Assembly: GCA_963739305.1 (NCBI GenBank)
Contig: CAVTZU010000018.1
Location: forward strand, 85,682 to 149,681
Direction of reading: 5' to 3'
From: Candidatus Bathyarchaeota archaeon
GTDB lineage: Archaea > Thermoproteota > Bathyarchaeia > Bathyarchaeales > Bathycorpusculaceae
Length of the DNA: 64,000 bases
Part shown: positions 10,570 to 21,961 of the stretch, one piece after another
Layout of the letters: each line of letters opens with the position of its first letter
Numbering within the stretch: the first letter of the stretch is position 1
Notes under the pieces: model-generated
Databases searched by the model: none
Told to the model about the DNA's origin: nothing
Seen by the model: the letters and a program-made list of their open reading frames with translations, nothing else
Made by a program: the position numbers and the translations under genes

Positions 10570-11170
10570 TCTTGTAGGCTCTCAGGATTTCTCTCGACCA
10601 ACTCGCGGAACCGGGTGAAATCAGGTTGATTTTGTCTGAGGGAACTTTGTACGCCCGAACTATTTCATCATTCATCCAACGCGATTTGACGAGAATCAGG
10701 TCTGCTTCATATGCGCCAAGCCATTCAATGCTCTTAATAGCCATGTTAAACGGGTTGTTTGCACCATGAGATCGATGATCTTCCAAGCTTTCAACGGAGT
10801 AAAGAAACGGGATTTTCAAACCCTTCTTAAGGGTTACTGCGGCAGGAATGAAGTGCCAATCATGAACATCTATAAGGTCGACTTTCTGTTTTTTGTCGTA
10901 GTAGATGTTGGCCGTCACCCTTTCGACCTCCTGGTTCAAGGTTAGCACCCACGTAAGAACGCCAATGTGAGTGCGAACAGGGTTCGTTACTCTGAAAGTC
11001 TTGGTGCCTTCAGGCTCATCGTACTCTCCCGTTAGATAGTCATGATAAGTAACTACATAGGGTTGTATCTGATTCTTGGTGAGTTGGATCGCGAGCGTTT
11101 TCACATAATTGGCAAGCTGTCCTACGATGCGAGGCGGGTACTCCCAAGAGAAGATGGCGGCAATCATCAA
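10535..11170 (-). CDS. GT4 N-terminal-domain-only protein
   Basis: WEYPPRIVG and VHDW motifs; lacks the nucleotide-sugar-binding C-terminal domain. Confidence 0.75.
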   Translation of the reverse strand: MMIAAIFSWEYPPRIVGQLANYVKTLAIQLTKNQIQPYVVTYHDYLTGEYDEPEGTKTFRVTNPVRTHIGVLTWVLTLNQEVERVTANIYYDKKQKVDLIDVHDWHFIPAAVTLKKGLKIPFLYSVESLEDHRSHGANNPFNMAIKSIEWLGAYEADLILVKSRWMNDEIVRAYKVPSDKINLISPGSASWSREILRAYKNVAEGKTHDSQ

Positions 11171-11176
11171 TTTTAC

Positions 11177-11428
11177 CTACGTGAAAAGCGCACAGACTTT
11201 TATTATCCCGCTTCCTGTCAGGTAATAACGATTCTTTCCCTCATTGTCCGTGAAGCTTTGTGCAAAACCTTCTGCTTTATAACCGTCTAGAATTCTTTCC
11301 AACTCGGTGATATCAATCTGCATTACCTGAGCAAGCTCCTCACTCCTCCTCGCCAAGTCCGGCGCAGTGGCACACAGGTTATGCAGAGTTTGTAGGATCT
11401 TTTCCGAAAGGGGAAGTTCCTCCCTCAT
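11177..11428 (-). CDS. Small winged-helix-like protein
   Basis: 83 aa, YYLTGSG wing pattern; lies within the operon. Confidence 0.6.
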   Translation of the reverse strand: MREELPLSEKILQTLHNLCATAPDLARRSEELAQVMQIDITELERILDGYKAEGFAQSFTDNEGKNRYYLTGSGIIKVCALFT

Positions 11429-11501
11429 TTTTTCATCCTCTATTCTGCTGCAACGAATATTCTTGAGTCGTTTTCTTATAAAACCATGTGTGCAAGTTTG
11501 T

Positions 11502-13049
11502 TCAGAAATATTGGGTATCTGACTCTGTTTCGGCTAGCAAAGAGTCTAGCCTTTTTTTGAAGATTCTGGACACGCTCTTTCTAAGTTGCTCTCCTTTCAG
11601 CTTGTTCAGATTTGCGTTTATGAGCTCTTTTGTCAAGATCTTGTCGTGAAGAGAGTTTTCGGCCCATCTTTCAATGTCGCCGCGTCGAGCATGAAATTCG
11701 ATTGAGGCTAGACTGATTTTGTCGATAGTTTTTGCGAAACCCTTTAGGCTCCATGCCATTCGGCCCGTGAAATATTCTTCGCCTGTGCCAGTATTGAACA
11801 AAAATGGTTCATCAGCGGCTATAGCAGTGAGTCTCACCCGATTTTCAAAATCAAGTATAGCCGCTTGCGCGGTGACGAACGCGTCTGCAGGCGTGTTGTA
11901 AGGGCTGAAGTAGGAATGAACATCGCCAGGTCCACCGCCGGCCGTGAACATGTAATAGAGGTGGTCACTTGTTTGGAAGTACCTCCAGGTTTTGAGGAAG
12001 GTCTTGTCTTCCGTTTCCTTGACGAGCGGTTCCAACTTCCTTAGACTCGTGTAGTAAGCCCATTGCATCGTGTTTCCCAGCCAGCAACTCGCGTCTCTCT
12101 CGAGGTCTGCCCAAGAAACTGTTGGGCCAGTCTCGGGAACGTCTATTTCTCCTGCGCTTGCGCGTTTCTCTGCAACCTCTGAGGGGGTTGACAAGTGGAG
12201 GTTCCACCATTTCAATATCTCAGCTGGCAAGTGTCGAAGAAAGTCGTGAATGCCTGTTTCTGGCCAGTGGTGTTCACCAAACGTTTCATAATCCGGGAAT
12301 ATGTTTATGCAGTCTCCAGGCGAGGATGCTAACCAGCTTGCGTATTTGTCGGCTTTTAGTGGCCATTCGCTCCACCATCTTGCTGAAAACCTAAAACCTA
12401 TGTCATCTGTCAACTTGTAGTTTCGGAGGAAAATCTTGATCTTCTTCGCACCTTTTGGCGAGTATAGATAATTCGGTGATTTCTCCTGTAGTATCCTTTC
12501 AACGCCTTCAGTGAAGATTCCTTTGTAGCCCAAGTTTTCAACAGTTCTTGCGACGGCGTTATTGTAGAGTAGCTCAGTGTTTTCGAAAATCCACGGTGCG
12601 TAACCCAGAAGGTCTCTCACTATCTGTTGATGCATTTTCACCTGTTCAATGAACTCTTGCTTTTCAGGGTAGAGACTTGCGAGTGAGTGGTAATATGTTT
12701 GACTTAGAAATTCAACACAATTTGTCTCTGCAAGTTGTTTGAAAGATGCGAGCAGGTCTTTATCATACATTTCGCATTGTTCTAAGAAAACTCCAGAGAT
12801 ACTGAAGGACACTTTGACCTTTTTTCTTTCGTTTTTGTATTTGTCGATGAGATCGAGCAGAATACTGTTTGATGGGAAATAGCACTTTCTGCTTGCTCTG
12901 TCAAATATCTCTTTGTTCAAGGCATTGTCAAAATAGTAGTCGAACAGTTCCTTCTTCTTTACGTGTTTGAAGATCTTGTCTTCCCAGAAGAAGTTTTTCT
13001 TTATCCGGTATGGTTGATGAACTTCAAAGACTAACACAACGTCTGTCAT
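11502..13049 (-). CDS. Glycoside hydrolase family 57 (alpha-amylase) with C-terminal DUF5752-like domain
   Basis: FEVHQPYR, TYYHSL, NTELLY, DYETFGEH and QTSDHLYYM motifs. Confidence 0.88.
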   Translation of the reverse strand: MTDVVLVFEVHQPYRIKKNFFWEDKIFKHVKKKELFDYYFDNALNKEIFDRASRKCYFPSNSILLDLIDKYKNERKKVKVSFSISGVFLEQCEMYDKDLLASFKQLAETNCVEFLSQTYYHSLASLYPEKQEFIEQVKMHQQIVRDLLGYAPWIFENTELLYNNAVARTVENLGYKGIFTEGVERILQEKSPNYLYSPKGAKKIKIFLRNYKLTDDIGFRFSARWWSEWPLKADKYASWLASSPGDCINIFPDYETFGEHHWPETGIHDFLRHLPAEILKWWNLHLSTPSEVAEKRASAGEIDVPETGPTVSWADLERDASCWLGNTMQWAYYTSLRKLEPLVKETEDKTFLKTWRYFQTSDHLYYMFTAGGGPGDVHSYFSPYNTPADAFVTAQAAILDFENRVRLTAIAADEPFLFNTGTGEEYFTGRMAWSLKGFAKTIDKISLASIEFHARRGDIERWAENSLHDKILTKELINANLNKLKGEQLRKSVSRIFKKRLDSLLAETESDTQYF

Positions 13050-13084
13050 AGCTTCTGTCCTCTCGACTGCTACTATGAATTGGT

Positions 13085-14350
13085 TTATTTTTGGCTTGCT
13101 ATAGAACTAGAGAGAACGAGACTTCTGGTTTTCTTGGCGGCAGCTTTTTCAAGGGCTGTGACTCCGGGCAATTTCTTTCCCATAAGGAACTCGATAAGTG
13201 CTCCGCCGGCGGTGCTGATGTATGAGAATTTGTTGGTCAACTTGAACTGTTCTATCGCAGCTATCGTGTGTCCTCCCCCGGCCAAGGAGAATGCTTTTGA
13301 CTCGCCGATCTCTTCCAGGACGGCTTTTGTTCCGTAGCTGAACTTCTCATCTTCATATTTTCCCATTGGTCCGCTGATTACGATGGTTTTTGCTTTGTTT
13401 AGAATCTGCGAGTAGCTTTCCACTGTTCTCTTTCCTATGTCAAGAATAGGGTAGCTTGTAGGCAGTTCTTTCACGGGCATTTCCTTTCTTTTCTGGTCTG
13501 CATCAACGGCCACGTCGTCAGGAGTCATTATGGCTTCTTCGTGTTTCTGGATGAGTTTCCTTATTCCCGGGAGTAACGTCATCAATTCCTTGTTTTTCAA
13601 AAGCTCCGTGTTGGGTCTCCCCAAGTCATATCCTTTTGCTGAAAGAAAGACTTGGCCTACAACTCCGCCTGTTAACACTTGGTTTGCAATCCCTTTGTCT
13701 AGAATGTATTTAGAGATCTCAAGCGAATCATCTGCTTTCGCTCCTCCTAAGACGAAGACACAGGGTTTTCTCGGGTTTTCGAGCACCTTGCTTAGTGATT
13801 TCAGTTCCTTTTCCATAATGCGTCCAGCAACGCTTGGCAAAACGGATGTGAAACCAACTATAGATGCGTGTGCTCGATGAGCAGATGCAAAAGCATCGTT
13901 GACAAACAGGTCTGCTAAAGGAGCAAGATTCTTGACTAATTCTGATTTTGCATGCTCTTTAGGAGTTCCGTCTTTGGTTTCCAAGGGGAACGTCCTAACG
14001 TTTTTCAAGACGGTTATTTGGCCGTCTTGCATGTTTTTTATGGTATTTTTTGCTTTTTTCCCGTAAAGATCATTAACGTACTTCACCGGTCTCTTCAGGA
14101 TGTTAGATAGGATTTCGGCATGCTGTTTGAGGGGGATGAAGTCAGGGTCGCCTTTTCGTCCCTGATGGGCGAGGATCACTGTTTTTGCGCCGTTGTCGCT
14201 AAGCTCTTTTAACGTAGTTTCGCCGTGAGCACGGATCCTGACGTCTTCAAGAACCTTGTGAGTCTTAGGATCTATCGGGGAATTGAAGTCAACGCGAACA
14301 AGCACCACTTTGCCTTTGACCTTGACGTCATCTAGAGTGAGAAACTTCAA
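13085..14350 (-). CDS. pgk: Phosphoglycerate kinase
   Basis: VRVDFNSP, AHQGR, NDAFASAHRAH, GGAKADD and STAGGA motifs. Confidence 0.95.
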   Translation of the reverse strand: MKFLTLDDVKVKGKVVLVRVDFNSPIDPKTHKVLEDVRIRAHGETTLKELSDNGAKTVILAHQGRKGDPDFIPLKQHAEILSNILKRPVKYVNDLYGKKAKNTIKNMQDGQITVLKNVRTFPLETKDGTPKEHAKSELVKNLAPLADLFVNDAFASAHRAHASIVGFTSVLPSVAGRIMEKELKSLSKVLENPRKPCVFVLGGAKADDSLEISKYILDKGIANQVLTGGVVGQVFLSAKGYDLGRPNTELLKNKELMTLLPGIRKLIQKHEEAIMTPDDVAVDADQKRKEMPVKELPTSYPILDIGKRTVESYSQILNKAKTIVISGPMGKYEDEKFSYGTKAVLEEIGESKAFSLAGGGHTIAAIEQFKLTNKFSYISTAGGALIEFLMGKKLPGVTALEKAAAKKTRSLVLSSSIASQK

Positions 14351-14424
14351 TTTCTCTTCACTTTCTATGGAAAGAAAAATAGTGAAAAAGGGTATTTTAG
14401 ATTTTGGATGGAAAGTGGGGAGAA

Positions 14425-15465
<1,041 letters not shown>

Positions 15466-15527
15466 TTATATTGAGAATGAGGCTGTTCTAATTAGTTTTC
15501 CGCATGCTACGAAAGGGTGGAGTATGG

Positions 15528-16889
15528 TTATCGCAGTTTTAGCAGAACCATTTCTGCTGCGAGAACCATTGGTTCCCACGTTTCGCAGACGGGGGGTGCA
15601 TAAGCCGTATCTGCTTTTGACAGGTCTTTTGCAGTCATTCCTCTTTGTATTGCTAGGGATATTGCGTTGATGCGTTGGGTGACTTCTTCTCCACCGATTA
15701 TTTGGGCTCCAATTATCCGCTGTGTTTCTTTTTCGACGACGAGTTTGACTTTTATCGGAAGGGCTCCTGGGTAGTAGTCCGCTTTAGTCTTCGAGGTGAT
15801 TGTGCCCGTGACGACTTCGATTCTGTTCTTCCTTGCTGCAGCCTCGGTTAGTCCTGTCCATCCACAGTCTGTGTCAAAAAGCCTTGAGACTGCGGATCCT
15901 AGGGCGCCCGTGAAGAGTGAGTATCCTCCTGCGGCGTTTATGCCTGCGATTTTTCCGGTTCTCACTGCCACTGTGCCGAGTTGTGGGAGAGATGGTCTTT
16001 GGGTGACTATGTTTGTTACCTCTGCGCAGTCGCCTACTGCGTAGGTGTCTCTGATGTTTGTCTCCATGCGTGCGTTTGTTCTTATTGCTTTGGTTTCGCC
16101 TAGTAAGATGCCGGCGTTGACTGCGAGTTCTGTGTTTGCTCTTACACCGAAGGCGCTTAGGAATAGGTCAGCTTCGATTTTCTCTCCGCTTGCCATGATG
16201 CCTGTTACCTTGGTGGTTCCGAGGAATTCTTCGACGCATCTGTTGGTGAGTACAGTTATTCCCTTTTCCTCAAGTAAGTCTTGTACCATTTTCGCCATTT
16301 CAACGTCAAGTGGCAGGGGCAGTATCTGCGGCAGCATTTCGACGACCGTTACCTTTAGTCCTCTTTCGTGAAACGCTATGGCTGTTTCAAGTCCGATTAG
16401 TCCAGCTCCCATGACCACGGCGGTTTTCGCGCCTTTTCTTATCGCTTGATCTATCTTCTGTCCGTCTTCTAGGGTTCTGACTGAATAGACATCTTGTTTT
16501 TCTTTGCCTTTGATCGGTGGCGTGAAGGAGCTTGCTCCCGTGGCAATAATGAGGCTGTCATAGGGTAATGTTTCTGTCTTGTCGTCTTTTTCTGTTATTT
16601 GGAGTGTTTTCTTTGCGGAGTCAATTGCTGTGACCTTTGTTTCAGTTTTGAGGTTGATCTTCATCATTTGAAAGTATGGTGGCGCGAAGACTATGAGGTC
16701 GTTGAACCTTGGTATTTGGCCGCCTAGAACGAAGGGAAGGCCGCAGCGTGAGTATCCGGGGTGTTTCTCTTGGGTGATTATGGTTATCTCCGCTTGGCGG
16801 TCTGTCTTTCTTGCTGCTGCAGCGGCGTCTACGCCGGCTGCGTGGGCGCCGATGATGACTATCCGCCTTTGCGTTGACGTGGTTTTCAC
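15528..16889 (-). CDS. NADH oxidase / CoA-disulfide reductase family flavoprotein
   Basis: YSRCGLP single redox Cys, ATG, GAGLIGLE, YAVGDC and AYAPP motifs. Confidence 0.85.
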   Translation of the reverse strand: MKTTSTQRRIVIIGAHAAGVDAAAAARKTDRQAEITIITQEKHPGYSRCGLPFVLGGQIPRFNDLIVFAPPYFQMMKINLKTETKVTAIDSAKKTLQITEKDDKTETLPYDSLIIATGASSFTPPIKGKEKQDVYSVRTLEDGQKIDQAIRKGAKTAVVMGAGLIGLETAIAFHERGLKVTVVEMLPQILPLPLDVEMAKMVQDLLEEKGITVLTNRCVEEFLGTTKVTGIMASGEKIEADLFLSAFGVRANTELAVNAGILLGETKAIRTNARMETNIRDTYAVGDCAEVTNIVTQRPSLPQLGTVAVRTGKIAGINAAGGYSLFTGALGSAVSRLFDTDCGWTGLTEAAARKNRIEVVTGTITSKTKADYYPGALPIKVKLVVEKETQRIIGAQIIGGEEVTQRINAISLAIQRGMTAKDLSKADTAYAPPVCETWEPMVLAAEMVLLKLR

Positions 16890-17296
16890 TTCTTGAGGGT
16901 TTTGTGATATTCAACTGCTTTATTGAAATCCATCGTGTTTGTTAGTTCTTGGTTGAGGTTTGTTGGTCTTATTATTAGGAGCCAGCCTTTGATGTAGGGG
17001 TCTTCGTTTAGTAGCTCGGGTTTTGATTGTACTTCTGTGTTTACTTCTTCAATTGTTCCGGTTATAGGTGCGACTAGATCTGATACTGCTTTGACTGATT
17101 CGACCGTGCCGTAGGGTTCGTTCTGTTTTATTTCGGATCCTGGGTTTGGTAGTTCTGCGTACACTATTTCTCTGAGTTGTTTCTGGGCGTAGTCGGTGAT
17201 GCCGACGCGGACTTTGTCGCCTTCTATTTTGAGCCACTCAAATTCCTTCGTGTAATATAATCCGTCGGGTACTTCGTTTCCTTCTACTTTCACCAT
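16886..17296 (-). CDS. gcvH: Glycine cleavage system H protein
   Basis: VGITDYAQ, ESVKAV (lipoyl Lys) and NEDPY..GW motifs. Confidence 0.92.
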   Translation of the reverse strand: MVKVEGNEVPDGLYYTKEFEWLKIEGDKVRVGITDYAQKQLREIVYAELPNPGSEIKQNEPYGTVESVKAVSDLVAPITGTIEEVNTEVQSKPELLNEDPYIKGWLLIIRPTNLNQELTNTMDFNKAVEYHKTLKK

Positions 17297-17533
17297 GTTT
17301 TGTACACCTCTTGAATGTGCTGTTATTGTTTCGCATCTAACCCTTTAAGATTAACTGTCATTTTGTCAGGGGGTTTCATCTTACCTACCCCCTCCTAGGT
17401 TTCAATGTATCATGGATATTTGGATCCAAATAGGGAAGGCTGTCTGAGTTTTTAGATGACAAAGCACGGGAGAGTTACCGTGCAGAGTGAATCACGAGAA
17501 AGAATTGTGGGCATGTTAGGATGAAAGATGGTG

Positions 17534-18610
17534 TTATCGTTCTCTTTTCCCTTGTATGAAATCCTCGACTGCTTGTTTTGCTACAGGATCTGGGACTTGG
17601 ATCGGTGGGTGCTTGAAGGCGTATGATGATATGCTGAGTAAGGCGCCTCCAATTTTACGGTCCAAAGCTATCTTGACTGCTCGTATTAGGTCGATGACGA
17701 CGCCGGCGCTGTTCGGTGAGTCTTCAACTTCGAGTTTTGCTGAGATCGTTAGTGGTCGATCGCCGAATTTTCTTCCTTTAAGCCATAGGTAGCAGATCTT
17801 CTTGTTTCCCAAGAATGGGACATAGTCTGAGGGGCCGATTCGGGTGGGAAGGTCATAAGGAACAAGGCTTGTTACGGCCTCGGTCTTGCTGATTCGCTTT
17901 GTCTTCAGTCGTTCCTCAACTGTCATGTTCAGGAAGTCGGTGTCTCCTCCAAGGTTCAGTTGGTATGTTTCCTCTATGATGACTCCTCGGTCCACTGCTA
18001 GTTTTGCGATTGCTCTGTGTAGGATTGTTGCTCCGAGTTGACTCTTGATGTCGTCTCCTGCGATCGGGAGTCCTTTTTCTTCAAATTTCTTGCTCCATGT
18101 CGCGTTTGATGCTATGAATTCGGGCATGCAGTTGATCATGGCGCAGCCGGCGTCTAGGGCCGCTTGAGCGTAGAATCTTGTGGCGTTTCTGCTTCCGACG
18201 GGTAGGTAGTTTATCAATATGTCTGCTCTTGTTTCTTTCAAGACTTTAGGAACGTGGGATGGGTCGACCTCTTTCTGGTAGACGTTGAAGACCTGTTTCA
18301 TGTGGTCTGCTACGCCATCAAGGATGGGCCCTCCTGTGACTTCAACGCCTAAGTTCGGAACGTCCGCAAACTTTTCACAACAGTTAGGTGCTGTGAAGAT
18401 GGCCTTCGACAGGTCTTTTCCTATTTTGTCTTTGTTCACTTCGAAGGCTGCGACGAATTTGACGTCTCTTACGTGATACGGTCCGAACTTCACATGCATG
18501 AGACCTGGCACGTTCGTGTCTTCCTTTGCGTCCTTGTAATATTGGACGCCTTGGACCAACGCTGATGCAGAATTGCCTACTCCTACGAGCGCTACTCGGA
18601 TCTCTGACAA
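17534..18610 (-). CDS. ino1: Myo-inositol-1-phosphate synthase
   Basis: GVGNSAS, NYLPVGS, GDDIKSQLGAT, LNLGGDTDF and EDSPNSAG motifs. Confidence 0.92.
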   Translation of the reverse strand: MSEIRVALVGVGNSASALVQGVQYYKDAKEDTNVPGLMHVKFGPYHVRDVKFVAAFEVNKDKIGKDLSKAIFTAPNCCEKFADVPNLGVEVTGGPILDGVADHMKQVFNVYQKEVDPSHVPKVLKETRADILINYLPVGSRNATRFYAQAALDAGCAMINCMPEFIASNATWSKKFEEKGLPIAGDDIKSQLGATILHRAIAKLAVDRGVIIEETYQLNLGGDTDFLNMTVEERLKTKRISKTEAVTSLVPYDLPTRIGPSDYVPFLGNKKICYLWLKGRKFGDRPLTISAKLEVEDSPNSAGVVIDLIRAVKIALDRKIGGALLSISSYAFKHPPIQVPDPVAKQAVEDFIQGKRER

Positions 18611-18744
18611 GTTGATGGTTGCTCCTTGAGTATAGTTCAGCTTAAGGCTTTAGTGAGCGTCTGCTGTATAACTTTTTCTGGAAAGATGGCAAGATTAAAA
18701 GGGACCTTGGGCTAGTTAGACGATATGCGAAAGCGGTGTGTTTC

Positions 18745-19113
18745 ATGAGTTCTGAAGATGTTGTCGTTACGTATGAACCGTTCAAAGAAGTCGTTATCAT
18801 GGAGAAGGATTATTTCACTTCGGCTGACGAGATGGCGAGGTTTGCTTCGATTATCGCTGGAGGAAAAGCTGCTGGTCTATACTGGGCTGAAGGTGTCGTG
18901 TTTCTTTACTTTCCACTTCCTGCGTCTACAGAAACAACAGCCAAACTTCTCGTTGAAAAAGGAAGGGTTTATTGGACTTTCGTCGGCTATTCCCTTATGC
19001 CGAAGTATCAACCTGTGATTGAAACTCGAGAAAGAATGATTGTCCCAGTCGTTGACATGACCGCCAATGCGCTTATCAAGAAAGTCGCACTCTGGTTGAA
19101 AGAACAGAAATAA
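18745..19113 (+). CDS. Conserved archaeal hypothetical protein
   Basis: Clean ORF in the gap, protein-like composition. Confidence 0.65.
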   Translation: MSSEDVVVTYEPFKEVVIMEKDYFTSADEMARFASIIAGGKAAGLYWAEGVVFLYFPLPASTETTAKLLVEKGRVYWTFVGYSLMPKYQPVIETRERMIVPVVDMTANALIKKVALWLKEQK

Positions 19114-19178
19114 CTTGTCTTCTTTTCCGTTTCGATTTTTCTCCCGTCATCAAATATGGAATAGCTGGTTCTGATTAT

Positions 19179-19565
19179 TTGAGGACCCTTTGCTTGAAGG
19201 GGCAAGTCTTCTCTGGAAAAGGTGAAGGAACTACTTTCGTCAACCTCCCGTGGGCGAAGAGGCAGATGGAAGAAAAGCTGGGGTTCACCCTCTTTCCTGG
19301 CACGCTGAACATAGAGTTGACGCCGGAAGATACTAGGATGAGAGAGACGTTGAAAGGCGAAGGCGGGTTTGCCATCCTACCCGCGTCTGGATACTGCCCC
19401 GCGAGACTTTTCAGAGCTAAACTTAGCGGCGTGGAGTGCGGCGTGGTTTTTCCTCAAATCAACGGTTATCCTGTAGATGTTGTAGAACTTGTTTCATCCG
19501 TAAATCTGAGGGAGAAATTGTGCCTTTTCGATGGTAGCCAGGTCGAGGTTGAGGTCACTTTTTGA
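19179..19565 (+). CDS. ribK: CTP-dependent riboflavin kinase
   Basis: G.V.SG.GEG, FPGTLN and VELVS..NLRE motifs. Confidence 0.85.
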   Translation: MRTLCLKGQVFSGKGEGTTFVNLPWAKRQMEEKLGFTLFPGTLNIELTPEDTRMRETLKGEGGFAILPASGYCPARLFRAKLSGVECGVVFPQINGYPVDVVELVSSVNLREKLCLFDGSQVEVEVTF

Positions 19566-21060
19566 CTTGTCTTTTTCGGTGTCCGTTGAAGCTTTTGATG
19601 TAATCATGGACAAGATTCTTTTTCTGTAGGTATGACCCGTATCTGGCGAGGGCGCTCATTGCTCTTGCGGCGTCTTCTGGTGATGAGTATGCTGGAACGC
19701 CTAGTCTGTCGAACCTTAGCCGTGTGCTGATTGCCATTTCTGTTTCGCCTATGTCGCAGGCTACCATAGGTTTCTCGTACTTGCCTGCAACTGCTGCAAC
19801 CTTGTCGATGTAGTCCTCTTTGATTGCTGGAGTGTGATGGAGACCCAGCATTATTACCCCGTTTATCTCGGGTTCTTCAAATACGATTTCAGTAGCAAGT
19901 TCGAACATTTCAGACGTGCCTGAACCCGTTATGTCCACAGGGTTCATGTTCGTGGCAAACTTTGGCAGTCTGCCTTCAGCTTTAAGTTCCTCGAACTTGG
20001 CGATTGTCTTTTCAGAGAATCGTTTGACGTTCAATCCTTTCGACTCACACTCGTCAACGGCCATTATGCCGGGTCCCCCAGCATCCGTGACTATTCCGAC
20101 GTTTTTACCCAAGGTGGGAATCTGCATTGACAATGCCTTTCCTGCGTGGAAGAATTCGTCCATGTCTTGTGCCCTTAGAATCCCTGTTTGTTCGAAAACA
20201 GCATCATATATTCGGTCGGATCCGGCCAATGCACCTGTGTGCGAAGCAGCAGCTCGAGCTCCCGCTTCTGTCCTTCCGGACTTCAAGGCTACAACGGGCT
20301 TCTTCTCGGTGATCTTATCGGCAGCTTCCATGAATCTTCTTCCAGATCTTATGTCTTCAACGTAAAGCAGTATTACACTCGTTTCGGTATCATAGTAGAG
20401 GTAGCGGAGCATTTCTGCCTCGTCTACGTCGATTTTGTTGCCGAAACTGACGAATTTGCTGACCCCAGTGTGTAAACCTGCAAGATAGTCAAGTGCTGCC
20501 ACGCCGAAGGCTCCACTCTGCGTAACTATTGCTATGTTTCCAGGCATCGGGCGAGGTGTAGCAACAACTTCGTCTCCTGTCGTGAGAACTTTTGTTTCAG
20601 GAAGGAACAGCATGTCGACGCCTGTTCTGGAATCATAGACACCCAGGCAGTTTGGCCCTAGGACCCGTATTCCCGCTTCTCGGGCAATTGTCGCTACTTG
20701 ATTTTCGAGATCGTGGTTTCCGACCTCGCCGAAACCTGCGCTGATTATGACGACGTCCTTGACTTTTTTCACGACAGCATCCATCATTATCTGTGGGACG
20801 ATGTCTGCAGGGACGACGATGACTGCTAGCTCGAGTTCTCCTGGAATCTTCGTGATGGTTGGGTAACACTTGATGCCCAGGATTGAATCTTCATTCGGGT
20901 TGACCGCGAATATTTCACCCTTGAAAACCTGCCGCCGCTTGTTTTCGACGAAGTTTTTGAAGATGACCTGTCCTGCTTTTTCGACTTTTTTTGTTGCTCC
21001 GACGATCGCCACTGAACGTGGATTAAAGAAGGCGTTCAGCGCTTGCACTTTTTCTTCCAT
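19555..21060 (-). CDS. acdA: Acetate/acyl-CoA ligase (ADP-forming) alpha subunit
   Basis: FNPRSVAIVGA, GPNCLG, QSGA, SHTGALAG (phospho-His) and NPVD motifs. Confidence 0.88.
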   Translation of the reverse strand: MEEKVQALNAFFNPRSVAIVGATKKVEKAGQVIFKNFVENKRRQVFKGEIFAVNPNEDSILGIKCYPTITKIPGELELAVIVVPADIVPQIMMDAVVKKVKDVVIISAGFGEVGNHDLENQVATIAREAGIRVLGPNCLGVYDSRTGVDMLFLPETKVLTTGDEVVATPRPMPGNIAIVTQSGAFGVAALDYLAGLHTGVSKFVSFGNKIDVDEAEMLRYLYYDTETSVILLYVEDIRSGRRFMEAADKITEKKPVVALKSGRTEAGARAAASHTGALAGSDRIYDAVFEQTGILRAQDMDEFFHAGKALSMQIPTLGKNVGIVTDAGGPGIMAVDECESKGLNVKRFSEKTIAKFEELKAEGRLPKFATNMNPVDITGSGTSEMFELATEIVFEEPEINGVIMLGLHHTPAIKEDYIDKVAAVAGKYEKPMVACDIGETEMAISTRLRFDRLGVPAYSSPEDAARAMSALARYGSYLQKKNLVHDYIKSFNGHRKRQVKK

Positions 21061-21911
21061 CGCGGTTTTCCTCGTTGCTTCTTACAAGAACTATGGGTTT
21101 ATGTTTTGCTCCATCTAGCATTTCCCAGCTTACCTCGGTGAAGCCGACTTTGAACTTTTCCGCCATCTCCCAGACTGTTCGCCCTGTGCCAAAACCTCTG
21201 GAACGATTGGCAATCTCAGCGATCCTCAAGGATTGCTCAGCGTTAAGACTGCATCCTGCGACGGCTAGGGGAGTGGCTCTTTTTCTAAGCCTGAGAACTC
21301 GTCCGATGACGTATGTAACGAAGCCTCCGCCTGATTGAATTCCTCTGGTAGTTGTTGGGCGGGGTGTGAAGTGGAAGTTTCTGAGCGAGTAGGTCTTGTC
21401 GGTGTCGACGATCATCACTGAGACTCTTTTTCCTAAGCGCGAAAGGATTTCTTTTCTGATCGTTTCAGCGATTTCTCCGGGATTTTTCAAGGGTAGACTG
21501 ACGTATGAGTAGGGCAGGTTGCTTCCATCGATGGCGCCTTCGGATCCGAACATGAGCGTTTGGAGCAGCCCAGCTTGTTGCAGGGCGACTTGTTTGTGGC
21601 GGCTTCCTTCTATCGGATGGGTATTCTCGTATCTGTTTGAGTAGTCTGGCTTTGAGGTGGCAGGCTGGGCCTAGCACGTAGCCCCAGACTGTCCGCATCC
21701 AGATCGTGGCGACGAGTTTTGCTGTGAGTGTCGGCGCGGTTTGGTTTTCGTCTACTATGTTGTTTGTCGCGGTTGAGATGGCTTTTTCTGACAGGACGAT
21801 TATGTCGTTGTTGGCTACTCTTCCATTTATGGCCTGGATGATTTGTTTGATGTAGTCTTGTCCTGGTCTCCAGTACTTTGTTTTGATTGGGAGAACTTTG
21901 TATTTGGTCAT
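21023..21911 (-). CDS. CofE (F420-0:gamma-glutamyl ligase)-like protein, split by one frameshift near 21612
   Basis: ORFs 21465..21911 (TKYWRPG, SEKAIS) and 21023..21553 (SEGAID.SNLP, IVDTD) join via EGSRHKQVAL in the shifted frame. Confidence 0.7.
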
Positions 21912-21961
21912 TGGTTATCGCGTTGTTGTTTGAAAATCTGCTTGTACTACGCGCGTGTGCG

